Virus record (IMG/VR): IMGVR_UViG_3300045738_002140
Location: 1-64,000 of that record
Source: a virus
Length of the DNA: 64,000 nt
Strand: one strand, 5' to 3'
Made by a program: the position numbers and the translations under genes
In this document: positions 1 through 10,300 of the stretch, piece after piece
How the letters are laid out: every line of letters starts with the position of its first letter
Numbering within the stretch: the stretch's first letter is position 1
The notes under the pieces: generated by a model
What the model was told of the DNA's origin: nothing
The model's database searches: none
The model's input: the letters and a program-made list of their open reading frames with translations, nothing else

Positions 1-72
1 GAGCCCGAAAAAGTCGAGGAGCCCGAGAAAGTCGAGGAGCCCGAGAAAGTCGAGGAGCCCGAAGGGGTAGAG
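1..72 (+). repeat. 18-bp coding tandem repeat (EPEKVE units, about 4 copies)
   Basis: gagcccga(a/g)aaagtcgag three times, plus a degenerate fourth copy gagcccgaaggggtagag. Confidence 0.9.
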
Positions 73-240
73 GAGATCGCTGAGGAGCCTGAAAAGGCCC
101 CTGAGGAGCCTCAGGAGAGCTCAGAAGAGGCTCCCAAGGAAGAGGATGGGGAAGTGGCAGAAACGCCTCAGAAGGCCCCTGAGGAGCAACAAGAGGCATC
201 TGAGGAAACGCCAGAAGATAATTTAAAAGAAGGGGAATAA
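1..240 (+). CDS. 3' end of a CDS with an acidic Glu/Pro-rich low-complexity tail (partial; starts before the window)
   Basis: Frame 1 is open from base 1 to TAA at 238-240 and reads EPEKVEEPEKVEEPEKVEEPEGVEEIAEEPEKAPEE...NLKEGE*. Confidence 0.75.
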   Translation, partial: EPEKVEEPEKVEEPEKVEEPEGVEEIAEEPEKAPEEPQESSEEAPKEEDGEVAETPQKAPEEQQEASEETPEDNLKEGE

Positions 241-263
241 AATACAAATAGTTAAAAATCCTT

Positions 264-287
264 GCCCCATACTCTGGGGCTTTTTTT
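264..287 (+). terminator. Rho-independent terminator-like hairpin
   Basis: GCCCCA-TACTC-TGGGGC followed by T7, downstream of the stop at 240. Confidence 0.6.
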
Positions 288-291
288 ATAT

Positions 292-1308
292 ATGAGGCTA
301 GAAAAACCACAACTGAGGACAGCATACATGGACATTGTTAAGGGGTACTCTCCTGCCCTTAGCGAAAAGTTTGGCTCTTTTTATATAAAGCACATAGACT
401 ATGAATGTACAGAAGATCTAGATGAAGTAAAAGAAAAGCTATTTAAAAAGGCCACGAAAGAGGGACTACCTGACGCAAAGCAAAGAGAAAAAGATATAAT
501 AAAAGAAGGCTTTTGGTCTGAAGAAAAAGACAAAAAGATAAAAGAATTAAAAGAATTTTTATCGAGACTAAAAGAAACCAAGGCTAAGGTATTGCTCCAA
601 AAAGAAATAGACTCAATCAACAAAGACATAAAAATAACAGAAAAAGAACTAGAGGAGCTAATCCTAGAGAAGCTAGAGCTTATGGGGTATACAGCAGAGG
701 TTTATACCGCAAAGAAAGTAAACGAATACTATCTTAGAACAACCTCATTCAAAGACAAGGATCTAAAGACAAAACTTTTGTCAGATGAAGAATTTGATTA
801 CCTTCAGGATCCAGATGTCGCTGACCTTACAAAGGCCTTCGGAAAATATTCCGAACGATTTGAAGAAGAAAATATAAAAAGAATTTCATTATGTCCTTAT
901 TTTCTTAATTTCTTTTCCTTATCAGAAGATAATCCTATGGTTTTCTATGGTAAACCGGTGGTTGAATTAACCTTCAATCAGGTAGATTTATTTAGCTATG
1001 GAAGATATTTCAAGAGCATGATCCAAGGTATGAGGCGCCCACTTACAGAATCGGAGCTAGACGATCCAGACAAAATTATAGACCTATTTAATTCAAGCCA
1101 AAACGCAGAGAAGGTAACTAATAAGACTCAGAAAAAAGAAGGAAAAGGAAAAGCAACAAGCATAGTCGGCGCAACAAAAGAAGATATGGAAAGAATGGGT
1201 ATCTCTTCTGACGAAATTAAGGCTCCGGGCGTAAGCCTGCACGCTGAAGCAGCCAAAAAGGGCGGAAACTTAAGCATGGAAGATCTCATAAAGTTACATG
1301 GAGCTTAA
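292..1308 (+). CDS. Phage hypothetical protein directly upstream of the TMP (possible tail assembly chaperone)
   Basis: Charged helical/coiled-coil ORF. ATG at 292 is preferred over TTG at 262, which lies inside the hairpin. Function inferred from position only. Confidence 0.55.
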   Translation: MRLEKPQLRTAYMDIVKGYSPALSEKFGSFYIKHIDYECTEDLDEVKEKLFKKATKEGLPDAKQREKDIIKEGFWSEEKDKKIKELKEFLSRLKETKAKVLLQKEIDSINKDIKITEKELEELILEKLELMGYTAEVYTAKKVNEYYLRTTSFKDKDLKTKLLSDEEFDYLQDPDVADLTKAFGKYSERFEEENIKRISLCPYFLNFFSLSEDNPMVFYGKPVVELTFNQVDLFSYGRYFKSMIQGMRRPLTESELDDPDKIIDLFNSSQNAEKVTNKTQKKEGKGKATSIVGATKEDMERMGISSDEIKAPGVSLHAEAAKKGGNLSMEDLIKLHGA

Positions 1309-1316
1309 ATAATTAA

Positions 1317-1342
1317 GTGTAATTATAGAAGGAAAAAGGAGA
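1317..1342 (+). promoter_or_regulatory. GTGTAATTA motif plus AAGGAAAAAGGA RBS (putative late promoter/leader)
   Basis: The same arrangement occurs at 22269-22296 (+) and 21385-21410 (-). Confidence 0.6.
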
Positions 1343-4300
1343 ATGGCTGAATTACCGACAACTTTAAGAGTAGGCGTAACAATAGACCGGGCATCGCTTT
1401 CTAGAGCAGAAAGAGATGTCCAAAGGTCTTTCAGGAATATTCAAAAATTAGCCAAGTCTGGCAAGCTCCTTGGATCGGCCTATACCGCACCGTTAGGTCG
1501 CATAACGCATTCCGCAGACGAATTTACCAAATCCCTAGAAGCCTCAAATGCTCGTGTCCTTGCGTTCGGAGCTTCCGCTGGCGCAATCTATGCTGTTGAA
1601 GCAGCTTTCTCCGCATTAGTTAGAAAAACAATAGAAGTTGAAAAATCACTTAAGGACATAAACGTAATCCTAGGACTAACAAGCTCAGACCTCAGGGGCT
1701 TTAGTCGAGACCTTTTTAAGATAGCTGGAGAAACGGGACAATCTTTCGCTGAGCTCGCTAAGTCTGCTACAGAATTTTCAAGACAGGGACTAGGCGCAGC
1801 AGAGACCCTGAGGAGAACTAGGGACGCAATGATTCTTGCTCGCTTAGCCGGTATGGACGTGATAGCTTCTACAGAGGCTCTAACTGCGGCCATGAACACC
1901 TTCAATGATACCGCGTTAACCTCGACTGTGATCGTCAACAAGCTCGCTAATGTTGATGCTAAGTTTGCTGTTAGCTCAGAAGATTTAGCCGAAGCCATAA
2001 AGCGCGTGGGTAGCTCTGCTATTGCTGCCGGGGTAAGCTTTGATTCCCTGTTGGCAACCATAACCGCAGCCCAACAAAAAACTGCTAGAGGCGGAAGAGT
2101 AATCGGTAATAGCTTTAAGACAATTTTTACTAGAATACAAAGGCCTAGGGTCATTAAGCAGCTTCAGGACATGGGCGTAGCCGTAAAAGACATGTCTGGC
2201 AACATGAAGCCCGCAATGGAGATTCTTCAGAACTTTGCTAGTACGTACGACAACCTAAGTGATTCCCAAAAAGCACTCACTGCAGAGATGCTCGGTGGCG
2301 TTTTCCAAGTAAACGTACTGAAGGCTACAATGTCTGATTTAAGTTCAGAATATTCTATATATAGCCAAGCCCTTAAGGTCGCAGCTAACACGACTAACGA
2401 GGCAGTAGACAGAAATGAAGAATTAAACAAAACCCTTGCTGCATTGCTCAATGAAACACTGAACAATGTAACTGCGTTCGCTGCGGCCATAGGAAAAACA
2501 TCGGTTGGTCCAGCGATAGAAAAAATCTTAGGTACAATTAATTCAATAATTGAAGCCTTTACCATCAAGGACCCAGAAAGCTGGGGGGCCAAACTTGGGG
2601 AAGGTTTGTTGTCTGGAATAGGGAAGGTCCTTTCTGGTCCGGGTCTTATTTTATTAGCTGCGCTTCTTGCTAAGATAGGTGCTAACTTTTTGAAATTTAC
2701 AATCAAGGCGGTCCAAACATTCACTGGATTAAATGCAGCTGCTCAGGAGCAAGCGAGCATACAGACGGTAATACAAAACATTTTAATAAAAAATCCAGAA
2801 ATTATTAACAAAGCCACAGCAAGTGCAGAAGGTCTTCTGGCTGTAGAAAACGCAATGCTTAAGGTGATGCAAAGCCAGAATACGGCCATGGCTAGTGCAG
2901 CCACGCTGAGCGCAAGTATGGCTGCGAACCTTACCGCCGCTACAAAATTGGGCGGTGGTCGAGTTGGAGGCAAGAAGGGGGCAAAGGCTTCTGGGGGGTT
3001 CATTCCTAACTTCGCAATGAAAACAGCCGACAGAACAGAAGCTATTGGAGCGATGGTTAACGGATACGAGGCCGGAGAAACCAAGAGGGCCCACATAAAG
3101 GGCATAGGTCAGATAATATACAACTCAAAAGAAACAAAAAAAGACGTAGGGCTTGGACAAGACGCCATACTTCCACCGAAGAACAGCTTGGGAGCAGATA
3201 GATATAAAAAAGCTTTCGAACAGATGCACGGGTATGACCCATATACAGCGTCTGGGGGCTTTGTGCCAAATTTCACCGCGCCAAAAACAAAACCAAAAAC
3301 TGCGGCGGGCAGCTTAACTGTCCCTTCTTCTCAGTTCGGTGGGGTTGCTCTTATTGTATCAAAAGATCTAGGTTTTGGAAAATTAGGGTTTACCAAGGAA
3401 GCTCTTGCTAAGGGCAAAATAACGGTTCCTGATAGCATGATGGGTATAAAAAGCAAACAAGGAAAAAGTGGGGACGTATTAAATGTTACAGGCATAAGAC
3501 AATACGTTCCACAGAGCCTTAGCCATGGGGATATTTCAGACAAATCGAAAAACAGCAGATTCGACGATATGATTAAGCAGCCCCTTGGGGGCGCAGTAAG
3601 GGCAATAGCTCAAAAATTATTAAAGCCTGCCACCAAGGAAAATTTTCCAAACATAAACAAAATAATGAAGCTTGTCAAAAAAGACAAGTCAGGATACCCT
3701 CAATTTGCTGGTAGAATTTTTGAAGCGGCAATCAATACTGCTATATGGTCAAAAGACATGGCTGGATCGAATACGTGGGATCATAATCCAAATCAATTTT
3801 CTGGGAATAACAAAGCCGTCACGGATGCTCTTATAGGAAATAAAGGCAAAGGTAGGGTGGGTGTTCATATCGCTTCCAATAAATACATTGATTCTAAGTT
3901 ATCTGGGCTGGGAAGTGACGCCGCCTTAAAGAGCATGAGGGGCAAACTTACCGGAACAGCCCAAATCAGAAACTCAATCCAGCAGAAACTTAATGCTGTT
4001 GCAAAGACCTCTGCAGTCGCACAGAAAAAGGGGTCATTGACGCCAAACGTAGCCATCACAAAGAAGGGCGTGGTTAAGTCCGGGAAATGGGCCTCTGCAG
4101 GATTTATTCCAAACTTCGCAGACGGATTGGCAGCGGCAGTACAAAGAGAAGCAGCTTCCCCGGGGATTGCGGAAGGGCAAGTGAAAGTCGGTCACGACAA
4201 AAGACTTTATGCTTCTGGTGGACTAGGTGTTTTCAATTCCACAGAAGGAAATCTTGGCAATGCAATAGACAGTCATATGTCTATGGGCAAAAATATAAAT

Positions 4301-7300
4301 GCAATTCAAAAAGCTGGCGCATCAGGCGGGTTTATTCCAAACTTCGCAGGGGAACATCCTCTAAATCAATGGTTAAGATCGTCTGCAGGAATACGTACAG
4401 AGAAAGACCCAACAGGAGCAAAGGGCCTTGGAAGAACCGATCTGGCAAAGATGCAAAAAGCCTTTGACAACCTCAACAAGGCAGTAGAGAAGGGCCCGGG
4501 AGCAATCGATAAGGCCTACAAAAACTTCAGAAAATTTGGATCAGCGGCAGGGCTAAGTAGGCATGAAATGAGCAGCTTCCACAAGAGCCTGAGGACAATG
4601 ACTTCACAGCTTACGGAACAAGCCAAGATAAGAAAAACCAATATAACCGCTGCCAAGTCAACAGGAAAAGCTCTCGAAAGACTAAAGGGAACAACTATTG
4701 CGACTTCGACTGCAACTGAGGGAACGGCAAGAAGGGCAGCCGCCACTAAAGCTGCCGTGTCCGGGAGAGGAGCAGCTGCTGCAGCCGGAGGGGGCGGAAT
4801 GGGCGGTATGGGAATGATGGCCGCTTTCATGTTGCCGTCTATGCTAACAGGAATGGTGGGCGGCGCAACGAGTACCGCAGTTCCGGGACAAGGAGCAGTG
4901 AACACAAACAGGATAATGGATGCAATCTCTGGAGGTGTTATGAAGGGCATGGTTAGTCACATGGTTGCTGGTGCATTGGGCGATGCCATGAAAAAGGGAT
5001 TTGAAGGACTAGGCAAAAAGGGAATGACAGCAGGTCAGGTTGGTTCCATGACTGGGTCAAGGGGCTTTTCTGGTTCGCGCTTGACTGCAGCCGCAAGAGC
5101 CAGACAAGCAGGCGGAGCGGCACAAGGCATGATGGGCCGAGCGGGCACGAGCATGTTGGCTACCAAGGTAGGGGGTAAGGTGGCTTCTCAGGCTTTTAAG
5201 GCCGTTCCCTACGTCGGTTGGGCCATTGCTGTAGCTGACATTACAAGCGAATTAGCTGATGTTTTTGACCAATGGAATGTCAATGTAAGGGCAGCGGAAG
5301 GGAATTTGGCTCAAGCTAATTTCGAACTTACAAAAACTTCAGAAACATTTAATGAATTTTTCAAGATATCCGCAGACCTAAACGAGATGACGCAAGGGTA
5401 CAAAAAACCTGATCCTTTCGTTATAGAAGAAATGAAGTCTAGGCAAATGGAAACATTAGACAGAATGGATCCAAAAAACAGACAAGCAATGATTGGCGCA
5501 ATGAAGAGGGGCGCAAGCACAAAAGAGCTAGAACACATTGCCAAACGGGCAACGGAAGACGCAAAAAGAGAAACTGACTACGGGAAAGTTAAGCTTTATG
5601 CTCATAGGATGCGGTCGGCGGAGAGCAAAAAAACCGGAGAGTTTTCGGTCGCTGCAGGCAATGATCTGTTGGGAAAGGTAACCAAGGCAGGTATAACAGG
5701 GACAGGTATTAACATAGCAAAAGACATGGCCAGAACTATATCAAGGATGCCTTTTGAGACCATCATGCCCAGTGGAGCTGTGGGACCTAACGTAGACCTA
5801 ATATCACGTCAGAATACAATTGGCGGAGAAAAAGTGACGCTCGGGAATGCGGTTACAACCTTCAACGCCGGCGATACAGATGACGAAATGGTTGACGCCG
5901 CTAAAGCGCTTTTCTCTAGCGGGTCGTGGACGGGGGGCTGGAAGGACAGCTTTAAGAAGCTTCAAGAAATAATGGACAAATCTGCCGATCTGGGTAACTG
6001 GGAAGATGAAGTGGGCGAGGTATCAACCCAATTCTATAAACAATTCGATCTAATTTTGGAAGCTATGGGCAAGGAAAACCCAGCAACTAAAGCCGCCGTG
6101 CTTAAAATAAGAGGGAACATGAAGCTTTTGAATACAGAAGACACGGAGGGGTCCGCAACGGTGTTGTACGAGATGCTTACAGAACTAAACAGATCATTTA
6201 ATAAGGGGGCAGGCGACCTCGCGGAATATCAAATAGCCCTTAAGCTTCACAACGAAAGACTAGCTCAAACTAGAAAGAATGTAGTAAATTTTTCAGACAG
6301 GATGTTTGCAATGTCAAAAGTTCTTCAGGACTTTACGAACCAAATGAGTTTTAATATAAACGTTACGAAAATGTCGACTAAGGCTGAAATGGATCGAGCG
6401 AACATGATGGAGAAGTTCGCAGGAAAGAAAGCGGGAATGTTTGGAAACGACTTGGCAATGACTCAATTTAACGCTGACGTTGCTTTTAGGCAGCTCGATA
6501 GGCAGGAGGTAGCCAATGAGCAGGGGGAAAGAATGAGCTCTACTGTCGGAGTAACAAAAGCAATGAGTGAGTTTGCTGGTAAGTTTGCGAAGGTCAGCGG
6601 CAGAATGGGTCAATTTGGTTTGTCTCCGTCCAAACTAACAGAAAAAGAAAGATTAGCTTGGGATGCCCTCGCAGACATGGAGGGTTTGACCGACAGCTTT
6701 TCAGGAGGTTTCGTAAAGGGGCAGGTCCATTTGAATGAGTTTATTACCGGGCTGGAAAATAGCAATAAAATGATGTCCGGAATCTATACTGGGGCTATCC
6801 ACCCGAGTGCGGCTGGGGTACCGGCCGAATTAAAGCAGTTTACCAAAGAAGACAAGGGACTAAAAGAGAGACTGAACGCCCAGCAACATCTGGTAAAAAG
6901 CCTCAAGCAAATTTCAGCAGACGGAAGGGCAAATCTAGAGCTCAACCAAAGAAGCACCAACATAGAAAGAAAAAATGTTTATGACCGAATGAAGGAAGGA
7001 ATGGAGGTTCAGAGAATCCAGAGGGAAGTTTCTTGGGGCGGAGGATTCCAAGCGAACCTGATGGCTACCAGCCTTGACCACGCCTTCAAGATTCAGGACA
7101 AGGCGAACCTTGTTAAGCACTTCGGCTCAGACTCCGCTGTCGGCAAACAATTACAAGCAGAAACAGATTTCGCCATGTCCAAGCAACTAAAAACCCTTGG
7201 TTATAGGGAAAGCGATATTGATCCAACCGCGAAGAAGAGAATGATACAAACAAGTGCGGAAAATATGATGCGACTTGGTAAAATGTATGGAATAAAAATG

Positions 7301-10300
7301 GATCCTGAGGTCGCAGCAAGAAGGGCGGCGATGCAGTTTCAGGCGACCTTCAAGGAGGAAAGCCCCGCAGAATTAATCAGAAGATACCTTCAAGACAATG
7401 TTGCCCCCATGGAGGCTATGAAGAAAATGGGAGATGCCGCTGTAGGTAGTGGAATTTTTGTTGTACCCGGAAAAGGCGCCATAATGCAATCGTATGGCCC
7501 ACAAGCTGGAGGAAAATCTTCGAGAACTAGCCCCGGTCCGGGATCGGGGGGTTCCGCACAGGGGACTAACGTAGCCGGTACCATCAGTGGAGCCGGTTCG
7601 AGCACTTCCACCTTTTTGTCATCCGTTTCCCAAGCGCTGGCGCGCGCCGCCAAGGTGTTTCAAGCCGGCGCCAGTGCGCAAAGCAGCCAAGGTATGAGCC
7701 AAGCATCCTCGCAACCCTCAGGACTAGCCACCGGTTCCGGGACGAGCCGCAGCAGACCACAAAGTCAGCGTGGGCAATCTGCAAACGCCAACCAAGCTGG
7801 TGCGGGAAATGCTCAATCTGCGGGAGGGTCAACACAACTTTCGCTAAGGCCTGACGGATCACCCAGACTAATGCCACCAATACCGAAGAAAAATAAATTC
7901 GATGTGGAATTGGTTGCTGCAGAACTATTTGAAGCTAGATTGTTGAAATTTGGATCAGTGGACTTTGATTCAAGTGCAAGGCCCTTTGATCCCGGCACTA
8001 GGGCGAGAAAAGACTTAGATTTTGAATTAAAAGAAGGGGATCAGGCTTTATTTCCGGAGAAAGCTATATCTCTAATTATGAGCCAACTAGAGCGGGGCGC
8101 TCCGGGACACTTCAAAGAAGGGATAACTGACTTTACCGAAGAGGTAAAGAAATGGCTTAGAGAGCAATATGACCTTGGCCCAGAACAGCCTACGGCGCCA
8201 ATGGTTGGTCCGATAAATAAACCCGGCTCACCTACTGGACCTAAAAAAGGTGGTGGTGGAACTGGCGCTGCCGGTGCCGTATTTGGAATGGCAATGGCAA
8301 TGCGAAACCTTCCAGAGTTCAAGGACCTAGACCCAATGGCTCAACTTAAGCTTGCAGATGAAGTATTTAAACAATATGGACCCGGCGGCATTTGGTTCTT
8401 TTCGGATCCGGCAGCAAGACAGCTTTTACCCCTTATGTTAAATAAGAGCGGGGTTAGTCTTCCCAGAGGCTTCAGCTCAACAGGGGGTGGCGGTGGTAAA
8501 AGCGGTGGAGGTAAATTAAGAGTCGTGCCCACCAGACCGAACAAAAGCCAGCTCCCCAGTGGGGGCGGAAACACTGCTGCCACGGGTGCCGCCAAAGGCA
8601 AAGGGAAACCAGCGCACGTACCGAATTGGGAATCAACGGGGGTGACGATCCTCACGGAGGAAATGCAGCGAGATCCGCATAACGAATGGTACGATCACGC
8701 TAAGTTCGGACCTCGACACCTTAATCCCGCATGGAAAGGTGGGCGTATCAAAGGCTCTGACGGGAAAATTAAAAATTATCCGAAGTATAAGAAGCCGACC
8801 AAGAAACAATCGAGTTTGGGTTCTTCGTCGACCACCATGACCACCTCAACCGGGGCTTCGTTGGGCATTCATTCACCAAGCCCGCAATCGTCTCTCGACA
8901 TTCCTAATTTGTTAAATCAAATAGCGGTTGCTACTGCGGCATCAGTAGAATTATTGAAAAAAATAGAACCCCATCTTCACGGAAGCCAAGGAATAGGGGC
9001 ATCTGGGGTCTCTATAAACAATGCCCTAAACACGGGTGGAGTTATTCCAAATGTACTCGGGCAGATGAAAAAGGACACCGCTATCTTTGCTCAAGTGACT
9101 CCAAATATAAAGAAAATAGGAGATATACAAAGAGCTACCCACCTCGGTAGACTTGGTGCGGCGGGCGCAACGGCCGCAAAAGAATATGGCATTACTCAGT
9201 TGCCGGGCAAATGGACAGATCCAAACAATGTCGCGGCTGGCCCCACGAAACACGATGATCTGCAAGCATGGTTCGACTTGATAAAAAAAGAAATGGGTGC
9301 GGAATTATTTGATTCGATTTTTGAGGGAATAGGCGCACACAGAGGCCCGGCAGGGGCCGTAATCAAGCCCGGCACCCCGGGTCTCTCCAGTATACCAACA
9401 ATGCAGAATGCCGCGGGCGACAAGTTGGTAGATTGGAAAGAGTTAGACAAGATTCTGGTATCTCATTCAACGCGTATAAGAAAGGAAGTAGAAGCCGCAC
9501 ACAAACACGCGATTATGGCTGCCCCATTCCCGGACACTACGGGGCCATACGGACGCCCGGTTGGGGCAACGCAGGCTGGTAGCTTAAAGACTGGTATAGA
9601 CGATACAGTAGATGGCAAAGTTGTCGGTCCGGCGGCCGACACCACCGGCCTTGGCGGCGCGTTGGGTAGATTCTTCAGGTTGATGTTTGGAAAAAACAAA
9701 GGGCCCCTGACGCCAAAGCAGGGTTTCGTAACCCCGGGTGGAAAACCTGCTGTAGGGGAATACGAGGATACTCCCTTGTCCTACTCATCAGGCACTAAAG
9801 GGTTGTTGGAATTTTTCAGGAAAAATAGTTCCAAGTTTGACGCGGATGTAATTGCAGATGTCGTAAAAGCTATTGAAGCAAGAATGCCCGCAAACCAAGA
9901 AAAAATCAAACTCCAAACAACGTTAGACAAAATTCTAGACGAAGGATTCCGAGGGAAGGGGCGCTCCGGAGGTTATGGTTCACCCGAAATGAGATTCGAT
10001 TCCTCTGGCCGTGACGATCCCGAATCGTTCAAGGATTTTGAAAAAGCTAGAGATCTTTGGATAAAGACAATTGAAGAACTAAAGAAAAAAATTAAAGACC
10101 TTCCCGACACAAAGCAGCCCGAAGAAGTGAGGGTGGATACCAGCACAAGAAGTATGTTGATTGGAAGTATGCAAAAGCAGCACGGCATCGGCGGCTCAAG
10201 CCAACTTACAGACGCTAGTGCTATAGCCGACAAATTCAAAAGCCTTACCACAGAGGACAAAAGCCGAGACCTCATGGCGGGTGGAGGATTCACTGCGCAG

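Noticed and set aside
1-72. CRISPR array
   Set aside because: Contiguous in-frame coding repeats with no spacers
222-292. Programmed -1 frameshift (T TTA AAA) joining the first two ORFs, as in lambda G/GT
   Set aside because: The -1 frame stops at TAG 249-251, the next ORF is in the same frame as the first, and another in-frame TAA lies at 253-255
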